Of a stretch of DNA of 64,000 nt, positions 54,835 through 64,000 are shown in pieces. Where the stretch lies: positions 42,334-106,333 of the forward strand of contig CAVWSO010000011.1 of NCBI GenBank assembly GCA_963757615.1. The letters run 5' to 3'. Origin of the DNA: an uncultured Sphingobacteriaceae bacterium. GTDB lineage: Bacteria; Bacteroidota; Bacteroidia; Sphingobacteriales; Sphingobacteriaceae. Positions within the stretch are counted from its first letter, which is position 1. Each line of letters starts with the position of its first letter. The position numbers and the translations under genes are program-made. The notes under the pieces were generated by a model, which did no database searches, was not told the origin of the DNA, and saw nothing but the letters and a program-made list of their open reading frames with translations.

Positions 54835-55968
54835 ATGAAATTTAATTTAAAAGCACAGGATCCGCTATCAAAAGCCCGCGCAGGCGAGATCACCACCGAT
54901 CACGGCACCATACAAACCCCGATATTTATGCCTGTGGGTACCGCGGGCACGGTAAAGGCCGTACATCAGCGCGAACTTAAAGATGATATAAAGGCGCAGA
55001 TCATCCTGGGCAATACCTATCATTTATATTTACAGGCCCGGCTTGGACACGATTGAAAAAGCGGGCGGACTGCACCGTTTTAACGGCTGGGATAGGCCAA
55101 TTTTAACCGACAGCGGCGGCTACCAGGTTTATTCGCTTACCGAAGTACGGAAAATAAAGGAGGAAGGCGTTACCTTTCGCTCGCATATTGATGGATCAAA
55201 ACACCTGTTTACGCCCGAAAATGTAATGGATATCCAGCGCATCATTGGCGCTGATATTATTATGGCCTTTGATGAGTGCACGCCCTACCCTTGCGAATAT
55301 CGCTATGCAAAGAAATCAATAGAAATGACGCACCGCTGGCTGAAGCGCTGCTGCGAGCGATTTGACAGCACCGAACCTAAATATGGCTATAACCAAACCT
55401 TGTTTCCAATCGTGCAAGGCTCCGTTTATAAGGATCTGCGAATAAAGTCAGCCGAGGTTATTGCCTCCTTTGAGCGGGAAGGAAATGCCATAGGCGGATT
55501 ATCCGTTGGTGAACCTGCAGAGGAGATGTATGCCATGACAGAAATTGTGTGCGATATATTACCCAAGCAAAAACCACGTTATTTGATGGGCGTGGGTACG
55601 CCGGTTAATATATTGGAAAATATTGCCTTAGGAATTGATATGTTTGATTGTGTAATGCCGACCCGCAATGCGCCGCAACGGCATGCTTTTTACAAAAAAC
55701 GGCATCATCAATATCAAAAATGAAAAATGGAAGAATGATTTTTCGGCAATTGAAGCCGATAGTGATTTGTTTGCCGATACAGCCTATACAAAAGCTTATC
55801 TTCGTCATTTGATACATTCGGGAGAGATGCTGGGCGCGCAAATAGCTACCTTGCATAACCTGCATTTTTATTTGTGGCTGGTAAAAGAGGCCCGGGAAAA
55901 GATCATTTCGGGCGAGTTTTATAACTGGAAAAAAATACATGGTTAACCGCTTGGGTCAACGATTGTAA
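54835..55968 (+). CDS. tgt: tRNA-guanine transglycosylase (frameshifted)
   Basis: [56 protein letters not shown]. Confidence 0.96.
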
Positions 55969-57068
55969 ATGAAAGCTTTATTAGACCGATATCTGAAAGT
56001 AATAGACTGGTACATTATAAAAAAGTACCTGGGCACCTTTATTTTTACGCTGGCCATTTTTTCGGTGATCATGGTCGTGTTTGACATCTCAGAACACCTG
56101 GATAATTTCCTGAAAAAACAAACCACGCTGCACGATATTGCCTTTAAATATTATGCCGGATTTATTCCCTATTACCTCAATTATTTATCACCACTGATCA
56201 ATTTCCTGGCGGTGATTCTCTTCACAGCGAAAATGGCCAACCAAACCGAAGTCGTTCCAATCTTAACTTCCAAAGCCAGTTTTAACGTTTTTTACGCCCT
56301 TATTTTATAGCAGGCAGTCTGATATTTCTCGTATCCTTCTTTGCCAATGTTTTCCTTATTCCCTTTACCAACCGGTTGCGCGTAGATTTCGAGGACACAC
56401 ACTTTAGTGACGCTGATCCTACCAAGAATGAGGTGCATATGCAATTGGACAGAAACACTTTTGTCTATGTAAGATCGTTTGACCATGCCAGTAAATCGGG
56501 TAATCTTTTCATTATGGAGAAGTTTAACGGTGACGTGCTGGTCGAGAAGCTATTAGCCGATAATATCACCTACGATTCCGTTAAAAGAGTCTGGCACATA
56601 AAAACCTATTCGGACAGGCATATTAACGGATTAAAGGAGACCATGGTATGGCATGGCCAGGGAAAGGACACGCTGCTGGACATGCGCCCGGAGGATTTTG
56701 AGGTCCGTGATAATCAGTATAGCGCCATGTCCATGAAAGTACTTAATAAGAACATTGAAAAGGCGAAACTTAGGGGAACAGGAGAATTGACCGACATGTT
56801 ATTTGAAAAATATCACCGTTTTGTATACCCCTTGTCGACCTATGTGCTCACGCTGATCGGCGTTGCATTATCCTCACGCAAAGTGCGCGGAGGTATTGGA
56901 TTACCCCTGGGCATTGGCATCATACTCTGTTTCACTTATATCCTTGTGGAAAGGTTTGCCCTGGTATTTTCAATCAAAGGCGGTGCTCCCCCATTAATGT
57001 CAGTATTTATGCCCAACGTCCTGTTCGGTGCGCTCGGGTATTATTTATTCGTAAAAGCTCCTAAATAA
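55969..57068 (+). CDS. LptF/LptG family LPS export permease (one frameshift)
   Basis: IDWYIIKKYLGTF, KMANQTEV, RKVRGGIG, PNVLFG. Confidence 0.9.
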
Positions 57069-57973
57069 TGCCGCAGCAAGCCGTATCAGCAAGTCCAAAC
57101 AAAAACCTGATCATACTCCATTTCACCGTATTTATCTGGGGTTTTACGGGCATCCTGGGCAAGCTTATCAGCGTGGCTGCCGTGCAGCTGGTCTGGTACC
57201 GCGTTCTGATCGCATCGGTCACTTTATTCCTTTATTTCAATTTTAAAAAAACAGATTTCAAGGTAAGCCGAAGCACCTTTCTAAAGCTGATATTTACCGG
57301 TGCGCTGGTCGGCGGACATTGGATTTTATTCTTTCTGTCGATCAAATTATCGACCGTTTCGGTGAGCCTGGTATGCCTTTCATCGATCACTTTATTCACT
57401 GCCGTCTTTGAACCTCTTATCAATAAAACGAGGATATCACGCCTTGAAATCATCGCAGGAATTCTGATCATCACCGGAATTCTGATCATATTCAAATTCG
57501 AATCCCAGTACACTAAGGGTATCATTTCCGGCTTGGGCAGCGCCATGCTTGGAAGTCTTTTTCCCATTATAAACTCCAGACAGGTCAAGCGTTACCAGGC
57601 GCCTGTGATTGCATTTTATGAACTTTCGGGAGCCTTTGTATGGATCTCCATCTTCCTTGCCCTGACCCATGGATTCGGAAAATCCATGCACCTGCTACCC
57701 GCCGATATCGGTTACCTGGTACTGCTCGGAACCATCTGCACATCGCTCGCCTACGTGGCCGGCGTTTCCGTTATGCGCGAACTTTCTGCGTTCCGTGTCG
57801 CACTAGTCACCAACCTGGAACCAGTGTACGGCATTATAATGTCCTTTGTTTTTTTCGGCGACATGAACAAAATGACCCCCGGTTTCTGGGTGGGAGCACT
57901 GACAATCCTGTCCACCATTTTCCTTTTTCCCGTAGCCCGAAAACAGCTGCATAAAAGAAGAAACAGCCAGTAG
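57068..57973 (+). CDS. DMT/EamA family transporter
   Basis: About 10 TM helices; IWGFTGILGK, HWILFF.SIK, TNLEPVYG. Confidence 0.9.
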   Translation: MPQQAVSASPNKNLIILHFTVFIWGFTGILGKLISVAAVQLVWYRVLIASVTLFLYFNFKKTDFKVSRSTFLKLIFTGALVGGHWILFFLSIKLSTVSVSLVCLSSITLFTAVFEPLINKTRISRLEIIAGILIITGILIIFKFESQYTKGIISGLGSAMLGSLFPIINSRQVKRYQAPVIAFYELSGAFVWISIFLALTHGFGKSMHLLPADIGYLVLLGTICTSLAYVAGVSVMRELSAFRVALVTNLEPVYGIIMSFVFFGDMNKMTPGFWVGALTILSTIFLFPVARKQLHKRRNSQ

Positions 57974-58918
57974 GCGCAAGGCTGGCAAATCCCGGAATCC
58001 CCACCTTCAATAACATATTTTCTACTGAATCCCCCCTGGGGTAGGGGCTGAGTATGCCATTCAGCACGCAGCCCCAGAGCCTATTTTAAAGCCTTCTAAC
58101 GACTCCGTCTTTTTAGGGCACCCGGCGGGTGCCTTACCGCATTACGTGCGCACAGGCCCAAATTCCAATTTTCACATAGTGTATTAAAATATGATCTGAA
58201 AATTTTCGCTATAAAGCGGTATAACACCTGAAAAGAATAGTAAATTTCAAGAATAAAAATCAAACTAGTGAAAATATCTATTTTTTTATATATTTAAAAA
58301 TCAATAGTTTATCACGATTATAAAAACTATTACTTTAGCAATCTCTGCGTTTGAAAAAACACCGAATACTAAATTTATTAGTAACGACTCTTTTTAATAT
58401 AAAAATTTAACTATAATAACATAATAATCAACCATCTATAGCACATTATATCGATAAAAAGTTAAGGTAATCGACTTCAGGGGGCCATCCCATGCTAAGT
58501 GTACCAGAAAAGAAATTGAGACTTTCGAAAAAAACAGCACGGGTCCGAAAATGTACGCCGAAAAAAAATCTGCGGCGAGGCTCGCCCGTTTTAACCGCGT
58601 CTGAAATTTCCAAAAGCGGCCTGATTTTTCCTTAATATTTTCAAGCCTGAATTTTTGCTTCCGGAGAAATCTCATTCTTCACGGAGTCAAAATACAAGGA
58701 CGCATGCTGCTTGCCGGCTGCTCCCAGACACCCTGTTTTTCCAGCCCCCGAGTTAAAGAATTTGCGACCCGGTCGGGACATAAAAAATCGGGATGTCAGT
58801 TTTCAGGGGGATTGCAATATCGCCGAGCTTTTGTAAATTTATTCCAGCATTAATGCTGATCATTTTTCTGACATTATCGAAAACCCCATCCTTTAACAAC
58901 TGTTTAACTAAAGTCATC

Positions 58919-59197
58919 ATGCGATTGAAAACAATATTCATCATTATTGTCACGGTACTGCTTACCGTGGTGATTATGCAAAACACAGCAGCGGTTCCGT
59001 TCAATTTTTTATTTGCAACTTTCTATGCATCCAAATTGGTTGTACTCCTTTCGGTAGCCGTAGTTGCATTCATCATGGGCGTGATCACAGGCCGGCCTGG
59101 CAAACCCAAATACAATAAGGCGACGGACCTGGATGCTGAAGAACCAAAAAAACGAACCGATACACTAAGTAAAGAAGACAGAGATTATATCAGTTAA
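58919..59197 (+). CDS. LapA/DUF1049-like small membrane protein
   Basis: MRLKTIFIII...MQNT..V.FNFLF, second TM helix, charged tail. Confidence 0.7.
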   Translation: MRLKTIFIIIVTVLLTVVIMQNTAAVPFNFLFATFYASKLVVLLSVAVVAFIMGVITGRPGKPKYNKATDLDAEEPKKRTDTLSKEDRDYIS

Positions 59198-59200
59198 ATT

Positions 59201-60088
59201 ATGGCACAGACAATCGGATTTATCGGGCTGGGTAATATGGGCCTGCCAATGGCTAAAAACCTCATCGCTGCGGGCTATCATCTGCAGGTCCACAACCGCA
59301 GTATGGACAAGGCGGATGAATTGGAACAAGCCTCCATTACCAGGTGTCAAACGCCTGCCCAGGCAGCAGCCGGCGTACCCATTGTGATCACCATGCTGTC
59401 GGACGACGATGTGGTGACTCAGGCAGTAACGGGACCCGAGGGCATACTGCAAACCCTTCAAAAAAACGGGCTGCATATTTCGATGAGCACGATCTCCCCC
59501 GACGTATCGGAGGCGCTGGCTGTGCAGCATGAAAAAGCCGGTAATCATTACCTGGCCTCACCCGTATTTGGCCGTCCGGAAGCCGCCGCTGCAAAGAAGC
59601 TTTGGATATGTATTTCGGGAACTACCCAAGCGAAGGAAACTGCCCGGCCCCTGCTGGAGTGCCTAGGCCAGTCGGTTATCGATTTCGGCGAGAGCGCCGG
59701 CGGTGCCAACGTGGTCAAGATCGCAGGAAATTTCATGATCATGTCCTCACTTGAAACAATGGCCGAAGCTTTCACGCTCGCAGAAAAGCACGGACTGGAC
59801 CGGACCCGGGTTGCGGAATTCTTCGGAACTACCATCTTCAACGCGCCGATCTATCAGAACTACGGGAGGCTGATCGCTGCCAAGCAATTCGGACCTGCAG
59901 CATTTAAGGCCCGCCTGGGTTATAAAGACGCCCGGCTGGCTTTCAAACTGGCGCAGCAGAGCGAAACCCCCATGCCGATGGCTACAGTAATCCACAACCG
60001 TTTATTGAGTGCCGTGGCAAAAGGCTGGGGGGAGCGGGATTGGGTTGAAGCAGTAAGCCGCGGGGTGACCGAAGATGCCGGATTGTAA
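59201..60088 (+). CDS. NAD(P)-dependent beta-hydroxyacid dehydrogenase family
   Basis: IGFIGLGNMGLPMA, SMSTISP, ASPVFG, VVKIAGN, LGYKD. Confidence 0.9.
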   Translation: MAQTIGFIGLGNMGLPMAKNLIAAGYHLQVHNRSMDKADELEQASITRCQTPAQAAAGVPIVITMLSDDDVVTQAVTGPEGILQTLQKNGLHISMSTISPDVSEALAVQHEKAGNHYLASPVFGRPEAAAAKKLWICISGTTQAKETARPLLECLGQSVIDFGESAGGANVVKIAGNFMIMSSLETMAEAFTLAEKHGLDRTRVAEFFGTTIFNAPIYQNYGRLIAAKQFGPAAFKARLGYKDARLAFKLAQQSETPMPMATVIHNRLLSAVAKGWGERDWVEAVSRGVTEDAGL

Positions 60089-60130
60089 TTTAACCCGCAA
60101 CAGCGGAATTTCATTTCCGGGCCGCCCGCT

Positions 60131-60928
60131 TTAGTAGAACACCCGGTTTGTCTTTTCCAGTTCCGACAGATCGGGTTTTTTTGTGAATATACCAAAAACA
60201 GAGGCTCCGCTCCCGCTCATGCTGGCGTATAGGGCGCCCGCATCATATAAAGCTGCCTTTACGCCTCTGATCAGGGGATGATTTTTGAAGACCGAATATT
60301 CAAAATCATTTTTGATATGGCTTTTCCATTCTGCAACCGGCAGTCGGATCAGGTCTTTAAGGGACTCGGTTACCGGCGCGGGCCGGACGCCGCGATAGGC
60401 TTCGGCGGTGGATACGTGAGCCGGCGGCATTACCAAAACAATGTGAAATCCGGAGAGGTCCAGATCGACATCCTCAAACCGGTCCCCTTTTTCAAAAGCA
60501 AACACCGGTTTGTTTTCAACAAAGAAGGCACAGTCGGCGCCCAGGATTCGCGCGTAGTCCAGCATTTGTTCACTGGTAAGCCCCAGGCTGAAAAGTCCAT
60601 TCAACAGTCTGATAAAAAATGCAGCGTTGGCAGAGCCTCCGCCAAGGCCTGCGCCAATCGGTATATGTTTAAGCAAATGAATATTCACCGGCGGCAGATC
60701 ATAATCTTTTTTTAAAAGGTGGTAGCCCCTGATACAAAGATTGTCCTCGATCCTGCCTGGGATGTCAAGGCCCGAAGACTGAAAGGTCAGCTCCTGGCCG
60801 GGCAAAGCTTCCAGTGCATCATAAATAGGCAATGGGTAGAATACTGTCTCAATATTGTGATAGCCGTCCGCTCTGCGTCCGGTGATATTGATGCCGATAT
60901 TAATTTTGGCGTTTGGAAATACGATCAT
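60131..60928 (-). CDS. ispE: 4-diphosphocytidyl-2-C-methyl-D-erythritol kinase
   Basis: PNAKINIG, DGYH, KHIPIGAGLGGGSANA, GADC, MSGSGAS. Confidence 0.95.
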   Translation of the reverse strand: MIVFPNAKINIGINITGRRADGYHNIETVFYPLPIYDALEALPGQELTFQSSGLDIPGRIEDNLCIRGYHLLKKDYDLPPVNIHLLKHIPIGAGLGGGSANAAFFIRLLNGLFSLGLTSEQMLDYARILGADCAFFVENKPVFAFEKGDRFEDVDLDLSGFHIVLVMPPAHVSTAEAYRGVRPAPVTESLKDLIRLPVAEWKSHIKNDFEYSVFKNHPLIRGVKAALYDAGALYASMSGSGASVFGIFTKKPDLSELEKTNRVFY

Positions 60929-61075
60929 CAGATTGATTAACAAAGGATGTATTTTTGCACATCCATAGGATACCAAAAATAGATTATTTTTATTTGTGTT
61001 TGGAAAATGTTGGAAGGGTTAGGAGATTTTAAGCTTATGCCAATCAACATTTCGGCAAGCAGATAAATAGCACAT

Positions 61076-61870
61076 ATGAAGCAATACCTCGATTTGATGA
61101 AGCATGTTTTGGAGAATGGAACTCAAAAACATGACCGTACCGGAACAGGCACCTTAAGCGTATTTGGTTATCAGATGCGGTTTAACCTGCAGGATGGCTT
61201 CCCGCTAGTGACAACGAAAAAGCTGCACCTCAAGTCGATCATACATGAACTGATTTGGTTTTTGAAAGGCGACACCAATATTGCCTACCTCAGGGAGCAT
61301 GGTGTGCGTATCTGGGATGAATGGGCGGATGCCCAGGGAAACCTGGGTCCGGTATATGGCCACCAGTGGCGCTGCTGGCCAAAGCCTGATGGCGGCCATA
61401 TAGACCAGATCACCCAGGTGGTCCATCAGATCAAAAACAATCCCGACTCGCGCCGCATGATGGTGTCAGCGTGGAACGTTGCCGATGTTGAACGAATGGC
61501 TCTTCCACCCTGCCATAGCCTTTTTCAGTTTTACGTGGCTGATGGTAAGCTATCCTGTCAGCTGTATCAGCGCAGCGCAGATATATTCCTGGGCGTTCCT
61601 TTCAATATCGCCTCCTACGCATTATTGACCATGATGATGGCCCAGGTATGCGATCTTGCCCCAGGTGATTTTGTTCATACGTTCGGCGATGCCCACCTGT
61701 ACAACAATCACATCGAACAGTCAACCCTGCAGCTCAGCCGTGAACCAAGGCCACTGCCGACTATGAAGATCAATCCCGCGGTGAAGGATATCTTCGAATT
61801 TAAGTTTGAAGATTTCACTTTGGAGAATTATGATCCTTGGCCGCATATAAAGGGCGCTGTTGCAGTTTAG
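61076..61870 (+). CDS. thyA: Thymidylate synthase
   Basis: [40 protein letters not shown]. Confidence 0.98.
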   Translation: MKQYLDLMKHVLENGTQKHDRTGTGTLSVFGYQMRFNLQDGFPLVTTKKLHLKSIIHELIWFLKGDTNIAYLREHGVRIWDEWADAQGNLGPVYGHQWRCWPKPDGGHIDQITQVVHQIKNNPDSRRMMVSAWNVADVERMALPPCHSLFQFYVADGKLSCQLYQRSADIFLGVPFNIASYALLTMMMAQVCDLAPGDFVHTFGDAHLYNNHIEQSTLQLSREPRPLPTMKINPAVKDIFEFKFEDFTLENYDPWPHIKGAVAV

Positions 61871-61900
61871 TTTTAACAAAGGATTTTAATAAATTTGTGT

Positions 61901-62089
61901 ATGACATCAATTGAAATAAAAACTGAAATTCAAAAAGTACTTGACCAGGTTCCTGAAAGCGTACTTCAAGAGGTGTTAGACTTTTTAAAGGGGCTTCAAA
62001 ATAAATCTGTTGATCAAATAAAATTAGCCGACAATTTAAGAAAGATCCTTTCTGAAGACAGGGAATTACTCGAAAAACTCGCACAATGA
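61901..62089 (+). CDS. Putative antitoxin of a Doc-family TA pair
   Basis: 62-aa helical protein with ATGA overlap to the doc-like gene; own TAAATTTG promoter element at 61890-61897. Confidence 0.65.
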   Translation: MTSIEIKTEIQKVLDQVPESVLQEVLDFLKGLQNKSVDQIKLADNLRKILSEDRELLEKLAQ

Positions 62090-62443
62090 TTGATGTGCAA
62101 ACTGCCAAGTATATTCATAACATTTTAATCGATAGGCACGGCGGCAGCAAAGGCATCAGGGATTTAGGCGGTTTGGAAGCTGCTTTATCCCGACCTTATG
62201 CAACGTTTGACCGTCAAGAACTCTACCCGACCGCAGTGGATAAAGCTGCTGCCGTTTTTGAAAGTTATCGATGGGAATAAACGAATCGCTAATGTATTAA
62301 TGCGCCTAATTTTACTGGATAACAACCTCGATATTATAGCTTCTCAAGATGAAAAATATGAAATGGCCATTTCAGCAAGTAATGGTACAATCAGATTTGA
62401 CCAATTTAAACTTTGGTTGAGTGAACGCACGAAAAGACAATAA
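62086..62443 (+). pseudogene. Death-on-curing (Fic/Doc) toxin with deleted catalytic segment
   Basis: HGG..GIRD.GGLEAALSRP..LYPT..DKAAA in one frame and IDGNKR in the next; the HPF of the Fic motif is absent. Confidence 0.8.
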
Positions 62444-62449
62444 AAACAG

Positions 62450-62932
62450 ATGATCGTAACCATTGTAGTAGCTATCGCGGAAGACAATGCCATTGGTAAC
62501 AACAACCGGCTGCTTTGGCACCTGCCGGCCGACTTAAAACACTTTAAAAATATCACCACGGGTCATACGGTGATCATGGGCCGCAAAACATTCGATTCTG
62601 TCGGCAAGCCCCTGCCCAATCGCCGCAATATTATCATCACCCGACAGCATATCGAGATTGAAGGCTGCCAGGTAGTAAGTTCACTTGAAGATGCCCTGAC
62701 AGCCTCTTCCGGCGAGGACGAAGTATTTATCGTTGGCGGGGCCGAAATTTACCGGCAGTCGATCCATCTCACGGACCGGATCTATCTTACCATCGTTCAT
62801 CAAAAATTCGAGGCCGACACGTTTTTTCCCGAAATCAGCTACAGTGAATGGACGCAGACCGAGCGCACCGATCACGAGCCTGATGAAAAAAACAAATTTC
62901 CATACTCATTTATTACACTCGACCGGCGCTAA
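62450..62932 (+). CDS. folA: Dihydrofolate reductase
   Basis: IG..NRLLWHLPADLKHFK, IMGRKT, PLPNRRN, VGGAEIY, ADTFFP. Confidence 0.97.
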   Translation: MIVTIVVAIAEDNAIGNNNRLLWHLPADLKHFKNITTGHTVIMGRKTFDSVGKPLPNRRNIIITRQHIEIEGCQVVSSLEDALTASSGEDEVFIVGGAEIYRQSIHLTDRIYLTIVHQKFEADTFFPEISYSEWTQTERTDHEPDEKNKFPYSFITLDRR

Positions 62933-63047
62933 CACATAAAAGCTTTAATTTGTTTGAAGATAAAATTTTATGGTTCTAAAATTTTATTAGATTTGCCGTC
63001 TTGTTAAAAAAGCTTATAAACTAATTTATTTCATATTATTATTTACA

Positions 63048-64000
63048 ATGCAAGGTAAAGGGGTTATTAAATTTTTCGCCATTCTGCTGGCAGCGGTATG
63101 TATATACCAGCTTTCATTCACATGGGTAGCGCATAAAGTTGAGAGTGATGCAAAGGCATACGCCAAAGGCAATGCAACGAAAGAAAAGGCATATCTTGAT
63201 TCTATTTCGGCGCAGCCGGTTTATCCGCTACTAAAACACAACTACCAATACTGTAAAAGTCGTGAACTGGCACTTGGCCTGGACTTACAGGGAGGTATGA
63301 GTGTTACGATGCAGGTATCACTCAGAGATCTGGTAAAAACATTATCGGGAAATAATCCGGATGTTGTTTTGGCACAGGCTTTGGATAAAGCCGATCTGGA
63401 CAGCCGTACAAGTCAAAGTGACTACATCACCTTGTTCGTTAATGATTACGAAAAGCTGAACCCCAATGCCAAACTGGCTTCTCTTTTTGCAACCCAGTCC
63501 AACCAGGAGCATATCAAGTTCAATTCGACCAATGCTGAAGTTGAATCATTCCTGAAAGAACAGGCTGATGTTGCAGTACAGCAAACTTACACGGTACTGA
63601 ATACCCGTATCGACCAGTTTGGTGTAACTCAGCCAAACATCCAGCTGCTAAAGGACAGAAATCAAATACTGATCGAGCTTCCTGGCGTAACTGAACCTGA
63701 CCGCGTTCGTAAACTATTACAGGGAACAGCAAAACTGGAATTCTATAAGGCTTTTGATAATACAGAGGCTTATCCGATCTTATCCAATATCAACGGCCTC
63801 CTTGCTGCAAAAAACAAAACTACTGCTAAAGATTCCGCTAAAACGAGCAGCACTACTGCTGCTGCAGGCAAAGACACCGCTAAAGCCGGCCTTTCGCTGT
63901 TAAACAAAGTAAATAAGAACGCAGCCAAAGATACTTCGCTGCTGAAAGGCAAAGCACAGTTCGCTGCGCAGAATCCGTTATTCTCCATTCTGCAGCCCGT
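63048..64000 (+). CDS. secDF: Protein translocase SecDF, 5' part running off the window
   Basis: MQGKGVIKFF..YQLSFTW, LGLDLQGGM, RIDQFGVTQP, IELPGV, LEFY; TAGATTTG promoter element at 62988-62995. Confidence 0.93.
   Translation, partial: MQGKGVIKFFAILLAAVCIYQLSFTWVAHKVESDAKAYAKGNATKEKAYLDSISAQPVYPLLKHNYQYCKSRELALGLDLQGGMSVTMQVSLRDLVKTLSGNNPDVVLAQALDKADLDSRTSQSDYITLFVNDYEKLNPNAKLASLFATQSNQEHIKFNSTNAEVESFLKEQADVAVQQTYTVLNTRIDQFGVTQPNIQLLKDRNQILIELPGVTEPDRVRKLLQGTAKLEFYKAFDNTEAYPILSNINGLLAAKNKTTAKDSAKTSSTTAAAGKDTAKAGLSLLNKVNKNAAKDTSLLKGKAQFAAQNPLFSILQP

Noticed and set aside
24606-55968. queA and tgt as a deazaguanine DNA-modification system
   Set aside because: Both are canonical tRNA enzymes about 30 kb apart with no dpd-type neighbours.
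57974-58160. tRNA or known structured RNA in the GC-rich hairpins
   Set aside because: No cloverleaf, T-loop or CCA, and no tmRNA, RNase P or SRP signatures recognised.
58436-58675. 79-aa ORF in the non-coding gap
   Set aside because: No motif, atypical composition and no clear promoter; probably spurious.

Overview
Chromosomal backbone of a Bacteroidota bacterium, most likely Sphingobacteriaceae (Mucilaginibacter-like). This rests on a susC/susD pair, TAnnTTTG-type promoters, fused secDF and a DUF2795-type small protein. About 60 genes are recognisable, mostly housekeeping: tig-clpP-clpX-amn-cbs, recQ, gltA, queA, ispD, gatC, two plsC, trpS-dNK-kdsB-pyrG-yidC, pyrF, rho, pssA, purS, folK, sppA, polX, a heptose cluster, rsmG/ECF sigma/GT2, tgt-lptG-DMT, ispE, thyA-folA and secDF (partial). 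Many essential genes are broken by 1-nt indels that look like assembly errors, so I stitched the fragments and their boundaries are approximate. The best hidden signal is a dispersed ECF-sigma-type promoter motif (TGTAAC-N15-17-CGTC). It precedes three GIN/DUF2807 genes and the separated permease and ATPase genes of a MacB-like ABC transporter, with a weaker variant before sppA. In two GIN paralogs it is joined to three 9-bp direct repeats at exact 21-bp period (LytTR-like). Other points of interest: an orphan susCD between those paralogs, a non-canonical PolX lacking its catalytic aspartates, a heptose cluster without gmhB/hldD, a plant-like GH19 with an insertion, a Doc TA module inside thyA-folA whose catalytic His is deleted, inverted heptamer micro-repeats and a ~945-bp unexplained non-coding region. 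I saw no rRNA, tRNA, CRISPR array, transposase or integrase.
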